Positions 46,532 through 55,228 of a DNA stretch of 64,000 nt are shown piece by piece. Source of the stretch: Chloroflexota bacterium (lineage in GTDB: Bacteria; Chloroflexota; Anaerolineae; Promineifilales; Promineifilaceae); NCBI GenBank assembly GCA_014584575.1, contig JACTMP010000063.1, positions 1 to 64,000 of the forward strand. Direction: 5' to 3'. The number at the start of each line of letters is the position of its first letter. Within the stretch, counting starts at the first letter, position 1. Below the pieces are notes generated by a model. That model was not told where the DNA came from. It ran no database searches and saw nothing but the letters and a program-made list of their open reading frames with translations. Made by a program: the position numbers and the translations under genes.

Positions 46532-46943
46532 TAAAGCGTAGAAAGCCAGTTTTCTAGCTGTAGCTGAGGGATGGGCTGGAAATCTTTGTCGGTGGTCAAC
46601 AATATCAAATCGTGGCGCAAGGCGATGGCGGCAACGAGCGCATCTACGGTTTCCAGTTGTCGGCCCCGCGACTGCGAAGGGCTATTTGCAATTGGGCAGC
46701 AAACTCGGCGTCTGTTTCATCCGGTATGTAACAAGTCAGCAAAGGCTTAAGGCGTTCCCACTCGGCCAGGTTTTGTTTGGCGCGAGGCAGCAGGGCAATG
46801 CCAAATAATGTTTCAGTGATGCCGGGTACACAAATGGCAAAGTTATCCCCATCATCAAGCCTTTGCAGAATACGCTCACGCAGAGGGTGGCTGATAGTGA
46901 TCAACGGGGAGGCGTGGTTGGTATCCAGCAGGTAATTTGCCAT
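46532..46943 (-). pseudogene. vapC: PIN-domain toxin vapC, disrupted by a single frameshift in a CGCGGGGCC run
   Basis: N-terminal part MANYLLDTNHAS...ALRSRG (46644..46943) stops after ADNWKP. The -1 frame continues RQLETVDALVAAIALRHDLILLTTDKDFQPIPQLQLENWL to a stop at 46532. Together they form a complete VapC. Confidence 0.6.
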
Positions 46944-47010
46944 GTCAGGCGTACCCTTCGGCGGCAGCGTTGGCGCGGGAGATGGCCTCCATCTCCGCTT
47001 CTACAACAGT

Positions 47011-47289
47011 TCAGGACTGGTTCCAGGTTGCCAGATCAAAATCAGGGTCTTCTGGGGCACGGCGTAATGCCTCGGCTAAAGAACCGCTAGCCAGACGTAA
47101 ACTACCAGGATTGACCGGGGTAGCCTGTATTCTGGCAACTACTTCTTCGGGCGAGGGGAATGCCGTTTCTGTTTCCAGAGCATCATGCAACAGTTCAACG
47201 ATCAACTGCTCTAGAGGCACACGTTCCATTTGTGCTTTACGCTGAAGTTTGCGTTCCATTTCGTGGGGCATACTAATGATTACAGTCAT
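47011..47289 (-). CDS. vapB: VapB-type antitoxin
   Basis: 92 aa, upstream of vapC on the same strand. The tail DPDFDLATWNQ is typical of PIN-binding antitoxin tails. N-terminal region is RHH/SpoVT-like. Confidence 0.5.
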   Translation of the reverse strand: MTVIISMPHEMERKLQRKAQMERVPLEQLIVELLHDALETETAFPSPEEVVARIQATPVNPGSLRLASGSLAEALRRAPEDPDFDLATWNQS

Positions 47290-47391
47290 GCTGCACCTCC
47301 GTCACTCAGTCCGCCTTTTGTCCGATCCTTGCTAACTTTTGCAAGTATAGTCTGGTTCGTGATGTTATTCAATCATGCTAATGGATGGCAA

Positions 47392-47449
47392 AACGGCCGT
47401 CCCCCCCTCCCAAATTTCCGCGTGTGGGTGGTGGGGCGGAACGGCCGTT
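47392..47449. repeat. 58 nt element (direct repeat, right copy) flanking the vapBC module
   Basis: AACGGCCGTCCCCCCCTCCCAAATTTCCGCGTGTGGGTGGTGGGGCGGAACGGCCGTT (~85% identical to the copy at 46441). Confidence 0.7.
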
Positions 47450-47599
47450 TTCTCCGGTTAGTTCAACATGAATTATGCATTACGCTGGTCGAACCACCGC
47501 CCAGGGCTTGATATTCAGCGCCGCAAGCAGTATATCATAATCCGCAGGCAACCGGCTGCCGCTAGAACCATCCAGGCGCAGGCTGCCAGGCAGTCAGAT

Positions 47600-47992
47600 T
47601 CAAGACGCTGCGATTGGTGGGGAACTGTCAAGAAGCGCCTGGGCATGAGTTTCAATTTGGCTGATGAAATCGGGCGATATAAGCATTTGACCGGTGCGGG
47701 CATCAATGTCCAGGTGCGCTACCTGGCCTAAAAGTCCGCGACGTGGCGAGGAGAGCAGGATTGGGACGCGCCAGACAATCCGCCCCTGGATGAGCAGAAG
47801 GGTAGGGTCGCCGCCGCCCATCAAATGGTTGACATGGCTGCCCACGTAACCACTGGCCTGCTGGCGGGCGGTGTAGGCGGTTATGTTGACAATCGGTTCG
47901 CCAGGAGCGGCAATAACATATTCGTTTTGATGTAGTACAGTCTCGATATCCATTGCATTTGATCCCGCTTGACGTGAAATGATGAGCCGCAT
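47600..47992 (-). CDS. hypothetical protein
   Basis: 130 aa ORF with no recognisable motif. Confidence 0.25.
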   Translation of the reverse strand: MRLIISRQAGSNAMDIETVLHQNEYVIAAPGEPIVNITAYTARQQASGYVGSHVNHLMGGGDPTLLLIQGRIVWRVPILLSSPRRGLLGQVAHLDIDARTGQMLISPDFISQIETHAQALLDSSPPIAAS

Positions 47993-48073
47993 TATAACAT
48001 GGTGGGTGGTGTTGTCCTACATGCGCTGACTTTATGGGAACGGCCGTTTTCTATCAGCGTGGAATCATAAAGA

Positions 48074-48805
48074 CTAGAGCCTCCCCTGGTCCTTCAGCCA
48101 CTTCAGCCCTTCGCGGGCGCTAAGGGGGGCCAGCGGGGTGGCAGCAATGAAGGCCACCACCGCCCCGGCGTTCGTTTTGGAATATTCGCGCAGCGCCCAG
48201 CCAATCGCTTTCTGAATGAAAAACTCATCCGAGTCCAGATTTTCCCGGATCAGGCTGAACAACAAATCAACATCGGTCTGGCTTTTATAGGGGAGTTGGA
48301 AGAGCAGAGTGGTGCGGCGCAGCCAGAAATTATCACTGATACGCCAGGCGGCAACGGCCGTGTCCCGCACCTGTGGATACCGCTGGAAATGGTCCGCCAC
48401 GCTGCCTCCCGCCAGGCTATCTACCGTATCCCACCATGATTTGGTCACAATGAGATATTCCAACACCGTCACAAATTCGGGCGGCTGTTTCTTGATCAGC
48501 CGGTCCAAAAAGGTGAAGGCGCTGTACTGGTATTCCCGCTCTGGCAGCGCCCACAATCCGCGCAAGACCGCTTCCAGATCGCCGGGCTGCGGCAGGCCAT
48601 GAGCGGCAATGAATTCTTTCAGCAGCGCCCGGCGCGCCGGCGTTTTGATCCCTAAAAAGGGGAATTGATCACGCATGTATCGGGACATGGGCGCGGCGTC
48701 CGCCGGGTTGGCGTGCTGCGTCAGCAGCGATTGCAGGGTTTGTACATAGGTAGACATAGACCTTATTGTGGCTGAAAACGGCCGTTCTGACGACATTATT
48801 TTCAT
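48074..48805 (-). CDS. DNA alkylation repair protein (AlkD/AlkC-like HEAT-repeat glycosylase family)
   Basis: Pattern ...RYMRDQFPFLGIKTP.RR...WW.VDSLA...A.GWALREYSKTN..AV..F matches the DNA_alkylation family from memory. Confidence 0.65.
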   Translation of the reverse strand: MKIMSSERPFSATIRSMSTYVQTLQSLLTQHANPADAAPMSRYMRDQFPFLGIKTPARRALLKEFIAAHGLPQPGDLEAVLRGLWALPEREYQYSAFTFLDRLIKKQPPEFVTVLEYLIVTKSWWDTVDSLAGGSVADHFQRYPQVRDTAVAAWRISDNFWLRRTTLLFQLPYKSQTDVDLLFSLIRENLDSDEFFIQKAIGWALREYSKTNAGAVVAFIAATPLAPLSAREGLKWLKDQGRL

Positions 48806-48888
48806 TGCTTGACAAAACGGCCGTAGGTCATTAAACTGTTTTCAATCATTTGAATAAAGTTAAATGATTAAATAAAGGCAAATGAGCA

Positions 48889-49497
48889 ATGGCTGAACTA
48901 CAGGAAGAGTTTAAGATCGCCGATCTGGAGAGCCTGAAAGCGATCACCAACCCTCTGCGACTGCAACTGCTGGAGCGCTTAAAGCGTGCGCAAACGGTCA
49001 AAGAGCTGGCGGCGGCGCTGGATATGCCGCCGACGAAGTTGTATTACCACGTCAACCTGCTCGAAGAAAAAGGGTTTATTCAAGTGGTGGATACACAAAT
49101 CGTCTCTGGAATCATTGAAAAACGGTATCAGGCAGTGGCCCGCCAATATCACATTGATGAAAAGATGTTGGCGACCAGCGAGGATGAAGGGCAGATCGCG
49201 GCGCTGCTGCGGTCGTTTTTTACCATGGCGCAGCGCGAACTTGAGCAGAGCATTCGCGCCGGGCTGGTTGACCTAAAGGAAAAAGGGAAACCACACAAAG
49301 GCAGCCTGCTGCGAGCCAAATTGCATTTGTCCGAAGACCAGGCCAGAGCGTTTTACGGCCGTTTTGAAGACCTGCTGCAAGAATACAACACTCTTTCCAG
49401 GGAAAACGAAGCGGATCCACAAATCCAGCTTTATGCCCTGACCCTGGCCTATTTCCCTGTCTATTCGCCTGATGAGTCGGTGATCGGTAGTCAGTAA
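48889..49497 (+). CDS. ArsR-family winged-HTH transcriptional regulator with C-terminal extension
   Basis: ITNPLRLQLLERLKRAQTVKELAAALDMPPTKLYYHVNLLEEKGFI is the ArsR/SmtB HTH signature. Confidence 0.5.
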   Translation: MAELQEEFKIADLESLKAITNPLRLQLLERLKRAQTVKELAAALDMPPTKLYYHVNLLEEKGFIQVVDTQIVSGIIEKRYQAVARQYHIDEKMLATSEDEGQIAALLRSFFTMAQRELEQSIRAGLVDLKEKGKPHKGSLLRAKLHLSEDQARAFYGRFEDLLQEYNTLSRENEADPQIQLYALTLAYFPVYSPDESVIGSQ

Positions 49498-49520
49498 TCG
49501 GTGATCGGTAATCGGTGATT
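49479..49520. repeat. heptamer array GGTGATC/GGTAATC overlapping the regulator stop
   Basis: ggtgatcggtagtcagtaatcggtgatcggtaatcggtgatt. Confidence 0.8.
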
Positions 49521-49596
49521 GTTGGGGGAAATCCGTTTCAACTTTTAATCTGCACCATCCGCGGAAATCCGCGCCCAATAAAAAGGAGATTTTCTT

Positions 49597-51504
49597 ATGT
49601 ACCGCATTGAATCGCTTTTGTCTGCCCGTCTGTTTTTAGTGCCCCAGGTAGTCGGCGACCAGATTTACTTCATCAGTAATTTGAACGGCCGTAACAACCT
49701 CTACACCATGAAACTGGGCGGCAGCGTGCCCCAACCATTGCTGCCTGGCAATATCGCCTTGCAAAACCCGCACCTGATCGAGGGGCGTTCCTTCATCGTC
49801 TTTCCCGATCTGGGTAAAATTCTGGTGCTGATTGACCAGGACGGCGACGAGAATTACCAACCGGCGCTTATCCCCATGAGCGGTGGCTACCCGGAATTCC
49901 CCTTTCACGACACATTCCCCAACCACAGCGTCATGGCCATTGGTGAAAAATTGGCGCAAAACAGCGTCTACTTTATCGCCCAATCACGCAGCGAATCCCT
50001 CTTCACTTCTTACCTGGCCAATCTGGCCACAGGCGAGCTGGACAAAATCGGTGAAGGCATGTTTGGCATGTACCCGATGGGCGTCAACGAAAGCAACGAC
50101 GAGTATATTCTGGCCGAGCAGTTTGGTATTGGTGATGCCGTCCTTTACCGCGCCAGCCGCGCCGATAAAACACCGCGACACTTTTACGGCGTCACCCTGG
50201 CGCAGCGGCAGGCAGGGCAGTCGGTTGAGGCCACGGCCGTGAGTAATTTGCATTTCGCCGCCAATGGGCAAGGTCTCATCTTCTCCAGCATTCTGTTCGA
50301 CGACAGCTACAGCCTGGCCTACATGCCCTTCACCGACCCATCGAACATTACTCCCATCCAATTAATTGGCATCCAGCACAGCGGTGTGGGTGAAATGGAG
50401 CGTGTGGAACATCTGAAAGACAATCGTTACACAGTGCAGTTCAACATAGACGGCTGTTCCTGGCTGTACGAAGGGCAACTGGACGAGACGACCTGGACAA
50501 TGAACCTGACCCATCTGCTTTGTGGAATGGGGAAACTGGCGAATGGTGTGTTGGAATCGGCGACGTATGACGCAGCCGGCGACCGCTTTGCCCTTTCCTT
50601 TTCCACAGCCACCTCGCCGACGCAGCTTTACACCATTGAAGGGGCAGCGCGTAACCAGATCCGACAGCACACGGCGGAGCAGGTGTTGGGCATTGCCCCG
50701 GAACTGCTGTCAGCCGGGGAAGATGCCTCCTTCATCTCCTATGATGGACTGCGTATTTCAGCCCGGCTTTATTTACCGGCGGCAGAATTGGGGTATACGG
50801 GGCCACGTCCGTTAATCTACTACATTCATGGCGGCCCTCAGGGGCAGGAACGTCCCGATTTTGCCTGGTTCTCCATGCCTTTCATCCAATTCCTTACTCT
50901 TAATGGGTTTGCCGTTTTTGTCCCCAATGCGCGTGGCAGCACCGGCTACGGCTTTGCTTACATGAAACGTGTGGAGCGAGATTGGGGCGGGCAAGACCGG
51001 TTAGACCATGTCCACGCTATGACTCATGTTTTGCCTCAAGACTCACGTTTAGATGTGCGCCGTGCCGGGGTGGTCGGCCGTTCCTATGGTGGTTATATGA
51101 CGCTCACCCTCGCCAGCCGTCATCCAGAACTATGGGCGGCGGCGGTGGACATGTTTGGCCCGTATGACCTGACCAAATTTGCCGAGCGTGTGCCGGAAAC
51201 ATGGAAGCCGTTTATGAAGATGCTGGTGGGCGACCCGGAAACGGAACAGGAATTTTTACAGGAGCGTTCGCCGCGTACCTACATCCACCAGATTCAATGC
51301 CCCCTGCTGGTTGTTCAGGGACAAAATGACCCGCGTGTCATTGAACAGGAATCGCGGGAATTGGTGGAAGAGCTGCGCGGCCTGGGCAGACAGGTAGATT
51401 ACCTGCTTTTCCCCGATGAGGGGCACGATGTGTTGAAGTTTGAGAACCGGGTGGCGGTGTATAACCGGATGACAGACTTTTTCCGCGATTGGCTACGGCC
51501 GTAG
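49597..51504 (+). CDS. S9 family serine peptidase (prolyl oligopeptidase / acylaminoacyl-peptidase-like) with N-terminal beta-propeller
   Basis: C-terminal alpha/beta-hydrolase domain with GRSYGG (nucleophile Ser), a later D in QGQNDPRV and H in DEGHDV. Long N-terminal propeller. Confidence 0.75.
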   Translation: MYRIESLLSARLFLVPQVVGDQIYFISNLNGRNNLYTMKLGGSVPQPLLPGNIALQNPHLIEGRSFIVFPDLGKILVLIDQDGDENYQPALIPMSGGYPEFPFHDTFPNHSVMAIGEKLAQNSVYFIAQSRSESLFTSYLANLATGELDKIGEGMFGMYPMGVNESNDEYILAEQFGIGDAVLYRASRADKTPRHFYGVTLAQRQAGQSVEATAVSNLHFAANGQGLIFSSILFDDSYSLAYMPFTDPSNITPIQLIGIQHSGVGEMERVEHLKDNRYTVQFNIDGCSWLYEGQLDETTWTMNLTHLLCGMGKLANGVLESATYDAAGDRFALSFSTATSPTQLYTIEGAARNQIRQHTAEQVLGIAPELLSAGEDASFISYDGLRISARLYLPAAELGYTGPRPLIYYIHGGPQGQERPDFAWFSMPFIQFLTLNGFAVFVPNARGSTGYGFAYMKRVERDWGGQDRLDHVHAMTHVLPQDSRLDVRRAGVVGRSYGGYMTLTLASRHPELWAAAVDMFGPYDLTKFAERVPETWKPFMKMLVGDPETEQEFLQERSPRTYIHQIQCPLLVVQGQNDPRVIEQESRELVEELRGLGRQVDYLLFPDEGHDVLKFENRVAVYNRMTDFFRDWLRP

Positions 51505-51551
51505 CCATTGCCTGACGAGGAAAGTGGGTGCCCGGCAAAAAAATGCCAGGT

Positions 51552-52532
51552 CTAAACCTTCAACGCCTCGTCAAAAAAAGCCAACACGCGGTGGGCATAC
51601 GTTTCCGGTTCATGGAGCAGCCCGGCCGCGTGTCTGGCTTTGGGCAGTTCCCATAAAACGCCTGATTCCTGGGCGGCGGCGCAAAACCGGCGGTTCATCT
51701 CAATTTCACGTGGGCCGCAGGCAATGAACAGGATGGGGCGGGGGGCGATGTTGCCGATGTCGGCCGTGACCGGCGTGGGGCGTTGACCGCAGAAGAAGTT
51801 GAACAACCATTGGTCAAACAGGGCCAGCGGGTAAAGGATTTTGTGGCGCAGGCGGCGCAGCCCGTTCCCTTGCTCTTGAACAGATAGTGGCCGCAGCCGA
51901 TCCTGAATATCGGCCGGGCCAAGCCCTTCCAGTACCAGGGCGCGGATGGCCTGGCTCTGCAACGCGCCGCGCCAGGCGGCCTGTGCCCCCAGCGACACAC
52001 CCAGGACGCCAATTTTGTCGGCGTCAATATCACCACGAGCCAGCAAATAATCCACCGCCGCCGCCACATCCTGCGCTTCCAAGACGCCATAGGTAGAGGT
52101 ATTGCCCTGGCTACGGCCGTGTGCGCGCAAATCGAGCAGCAAGACGGTGTAACCGGCATCGCGCAAAAATTCGGCGTGCGCCTGCATCAGCAGCCCGGAG
52201 CCGCCCAGGGTGTGCGCCAGCACGATGGCGGCGCGATTAGTCCCCGGCAGATACCAGGCATAAAGCTGTACACCATCCCGCGATGTGAACCGCACATTCT
52301 CCGCGTTGGCAAATAGCGATTCCCGCTGCGGCCAATGTCGCAAACGGCGCGGGTGGGCAAAGGCGAAGGCGTTCCAGGCCAGATAGGTGAGGTAAAACAG
52401 GGGCAGCCCCCACAACCAATGGATGGGCGATGCCAATACGCGGGTCAGGGCAAACAGGGAACCGGCGGCCAAGACCAATAAAATGGTCAGGTTGCGGAAG
52501 TAACGCCCACGACGCATGGGGGGTGATTGCAT
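51552..52532 (-). CDS. alpha/beta hydrolase, membrane-anchored
   Basis: N-terminal TM segment. HGRSQG ... GVSLGAQAA (GxSxG). Confidence 0.6.
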   Translation of the reverse strand: MQSPPMRRGRYFRNLTILLVLAAGSLFALTRVLASPIHWLWGLPLFYLTYLAWNAFAFAHPRRLRHWPQRESLFANAENVRFTSRDGVQLYAWYLPGTNRAAIVLAHTLGGSGLLMQAHAEFLRDAGYTVLLLDLRAHGRSQGNTSTYGVLEAQDVAAAVDYLLARGDIDADKIGVLGVSLGAQAAWRGALQSQAIRALVLEGLGPADIQDRLRPLSVQEQGNGLRRLRHKILYPLALFDQWLFNFFCGQRPTPVTADIGNIAPRPILFIACGPREIEMNRRFCAAAQESGVLWELPKARHAAGLLHEPETYAHRVLAFFDEALKV

Positions 52533-52598
52533 ATGGAAGAAAGCCCGGCGAATAAATTCGCGGCAACGCCAGCAAAGACCGCCTTCGCGGTCTTTCTC

Positions 52599-52640
52599 TC
52601 ACTGCTCACTGCTCACTGCTCACCGCTCACCGCTCACTGC
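52599..52640. repeat. heptamer array CTCACTG/CTCACCG x6 (reverse complement of the AGTGAGC family at 33518)
   Basis: ctcactgctcactgctcactgctcaccgctcaccgctcactgc. Confidence 0.85.
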
Positions 52641-53650
52641 CCAGGCACAATGAGTACCTTGCCGCCGGTCATCTGGCTTTCATAGTCGCGGACGGCCTGC
52701 GGGGTTTCCGCCAGGCTGTAACGCTGGCGTATGTCTGTTTTGAGCGCGGAGAGCATGAGTTTTTGCGTCCGCCGCCATATCAGGAAATTTTGTAGCAGAT
52801 TGTTCTGCCCCAACCAGGGTGGAAGCCAGAAACCATCAACCGATTTGTCTTCAAAAATCAGGGCGGCGGGGTTGACCTGTACCGGCTGTTGGGACAGGCC
52901 GCCATACACCGTTACCCGGCCGTGGGTGGGCATGGCGGCTAACAGTTGTTGGGGTAGGTCACCGGCAACGGCATCAAAGGCCAGCCGGATGTTGTGTTGG
53001 TGGCACAGATCGCGTAATTGCTGGCTGAAATCGGGGTCGCTGCTGTTGAGAACGTGGGCCACGCCTCGCTGTTGCAGGTAGACAACCTGTTCCGGGCGGC
53101 GCACAATGCCGACCACTTCAACCCGCTCTTGCTGCCCCAACCGATGCAGCATCAGGCCCAACGCGCTGGCGGCGGCCGTGTTGATCACCGTTTTGTGGCC
53201 GGCTTTTTTGGCCAGGTCTATGAGGGCTACGGCCGTGAGGGGATTCACCACCGACATCGCCCCCTGCTCCATGCTCACGGCATTGTCCAGGGGCAGCGCA
53301 TAATTAACGGTGGTGGTGGTATATTCAGCCCAGAGACCATCCTGTTGAGTGACACAAGCTACCCGCTTCCCCGCCAGGTAACGCCCCATCAGGCCGGTAC
53401 TTTCCCCCACCGCCACCACCGTGCCGGAGCCTTCAAAGCCGGGCACTGTTGGGGTCGGCTTTTTGAAGCCATACTGGCCCAGGATAAACATTAGATCAGA
53501 CGGATTGATGGACGCGGCAGCCACTTTCACCAGCACTTCCTTCGGGCCAGGGCGGGGGACGGGGCGCTGCACCACCCGCAGCCCCTCTGCCCCGTTGTAT
53601 GATTCCAGGATGACGGCCGTCATCTGTTCAGGAATGGTTGTTTGGGTCAT
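52634..53650 (-). CDS. zinc-type/MDR-superfamily NAD(P)-dependent oxidoreductase (quinone oxidoreductase-like)
   Basis: Rossmann segment (VINTAAASALGLM), MDR layout, ~338 aa. Confidence 0.65.
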   Translation of the reverse strand: MTQTTIPEQMTAVILESYNGAEGLRVVQRPVPRPGPKEVLVKVAAASINPSDLMFILGQYGFKKPTPTVPGFEGSGTVVAVGESTGLMGRYLAGKRVACVTQQDGLWAEYTTTTVNYALPLDNAVSMEQGAMSVVNPLTAVALIDLAKKAGHKTVINTAAASALGLMLHRLGQQERVEVVGIVRRPEQVVYLQQRGVAHVLNSSDPDFSQQLRDLCHQHNIRLAFDAVAGDLPQQLLAAMPTHGRVTVYGGLSQQPVQVNPAALIFEDKSVDGFWLPPWLGQNNLLQNFLIWRRTQKLMLSALKTDIRQRYSLAETPQAVRDYESQMTGGKVLIVPGQ

Positions 53651-53698
53651 GTTTACCTCTGCTGTTTGATTGGAGCATGAAGTCGGGCAAGGCCATCG

Positions 53699-54574
53699 TC
53701 AGGACGCCAGGAAATCATCCAAAAGTTGATTAAAACGGCCGGCGTGTTCCCAAAACATCATGTGGCCGCCCAACACGGCCGTCTTCGTCTTTGGTAGATG
53801 GCGCTGCACAAAGGATACGGCCGTGTCCGCCCAATGTTCGGCAATGACATACAGCGTCGGCACGGTCTCATCCACCAGCTTCGCTTCCGCCATGTAGTCG
53901 GAGAACATGCCAGAGGCAAAGAGATTGCTGGCGACGTAATACGGCGTTTTCAACGACTGCTCGATGATCCAGAACAGCTCCTCTGGTTTGAGTTCCCGCT
54001 GCACCATCACCTCCGTGGCGTAGTAGGCCACAAAGTCGCGCTGACCCTGCGGCGAGGCCAGATAGGCGTTGTACGCGCCGCCAATTTCATCCAGCGGCCC
54101 TTCCACCCAGTCGCCGTCCTGCACAGACAGCGGTTTGGGCGACAGGTCAATGCAGACCACTGCCTTCACATTGCCCAGCCCCTCCTGCCGGATGTATTCC
54201 CACACGGTCAGGCAGCCAAACGACCAGCCCGCCAGGGTCACGTTTTGCAAATCCAGCGCCTTGATGAATTTCGCTAAATCGGCGCCATGTGTGGTGTAGT
54301 TGTTGCCATGCAGGGTGACGGTGGAACGGCCGTGACTGCGCGGATCAATGGCAATCACCCGGTGGTTTTGGGCAAAATGGGCCAACTGATGCTCAAATAG
54401 CTCCGTCGTAAACGTCCAGCCTGGTATGAAGATGAGCGGCGCTCCCACCCCGCGCTCTTCATAATAAATCTCTACGCCCGGTTCAATTTCCAAATACTGC
54501 CCTGGTTGCTGATGAATTGCCATGAGATTCTCCTTTTGCGCCTCAAGACCTGGCAGGTCTCCACCGCTACGCAT
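53699..54574 (-). CDS. alpha/beta hydrolase (haloalkane-dehalogenase/esterase-like)
   Basis: PLIFIPGWTFT, HRVIAIDPRSHGRS, GWSFGC (GxSxG). Likely start MAIHQQ at 54523. Confidence 0.7.
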   Translation of the reverse strand: MRSGGDLPGLEAQKENLMAIHQQPGQYLEIEPGVEIYYEERGVGAPLIFIPGWTFTTELFEHQLAHFAQNHRVIAIDPRSHGRSTVTLHGNNYTTHGADLAKFIKALDLQNVTLAGWSFGCLTVWEYIRQEGLGNVKAVVCIDLSPKPLSVQDGDWVEGPLDEIGGAYNAYLASPQGQRDFVAYYATEVMVQRELKPEELFWIIEQSLKTPYYVASNLFASGMFSDYMAEAKLVDETVPTLYVIAEHWADTAVSFVQRHLPKTKTAVLGGHMMFWEHAGRFNQLLDDFLAS

Positions 54575-55223
54575 ATAAAACGACGATAAAACGTTTGGGG
54601 CCGTGGACGCCCACGGCCATTGTTTGTTCGATGTCGGCCGTTTTGCTGGGGCCGCTGATGAAGTTCAAATTGGCCGGTAGCTGCCGGTTGAAGCTGGCCG
54701 TCCAGGTGAACAGGTCGGTGGTAAGCACGGCCGTCGAAACCAGTGCCATATGTACCGGCGGCAGCAGCGAAACCAGGCGGCTTTTGCCCGGCCCACTGGT
54801 GACGATAATCGTGCCGGTCTCCGCCAGCGCAGCATCCGCGCAGGTCAGCCCGGCGTCGGCGCTGGCGCAAAAGTCGCGCAGCGCCGCATCGTCTTGCCCC
54901 ACCTGGTGGTAGGTGATGTGGGGCAGGCGGGGCAGATTGTGCAACGGCCGTTCGTCATTCAACACCACCTTCTCCGCCTCCATTTGTCGCAAAAGCTGGT
55001 TGGCCTGGTCATAGGCCGCTGCCAGACTGTCCACCTGATGCACTTCCCCTTTCACGGCCGTGAGCGCCTGCACAAACCGCGCCGCCAGATCAGGAAAATC
55101 CCGTCGTGACTGCCAGGGTGGGGGCAGCGGTTCATCTCGTCTGGCCTGTTTTAGGCGTCCTAAAATTTCGTCGCGTGGGTTCATCGGTTCGTGATGCGTG
55201 ATGCGCGAGAGGTCACGCATCAC
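54567..55223 (-). CDS. lutC: LutC/YkgG-family (LUD domain) protein
   Basis: Size and pattern (…HxxxS…GTIIVTSGPG…RLVSLLPPVHMALV…) match the LUD/DUF162 family from memory. Confidence 0.55.
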   Translation of the reverse strand: MMRDLSRITHHEPMNPRDEILGRLKQARRDEPLPPPWQSRRDFPDLAARFVQALTAVKGEVHQVDSLAAAYDQANQLLRQMEAEKVVLNDERPLHNLPRLPHITYHQVGQDDAALRDFCASADAGLTCADAALAETGTIIVTSGPGKSRLVSLLPPVHMALVSTAVLTTDLFTWTASFNRQLPANLNFISGPSKTADIEQTMAVGVHGPKRFIVVLYA

Positions 55224-55225
55224 GC
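55191..55225. repeat. inverted TGATGCG heptamer hairpin (same family as 33211)
   Basis: gtgatgcgtgatgcgcgagaggtcacgcatcacgc. Confidence 0.75.
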
Positions 55226-55228
55226 CAG

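Noticed and set aside
47230-47731. Small plus-strand ORFs (47230..47511, 47468..47731) near the vapBC right-flank repeat.
   Set aside because: They overlap the repeat element and the minus-strand ORF. No motifs or RBS evidence.
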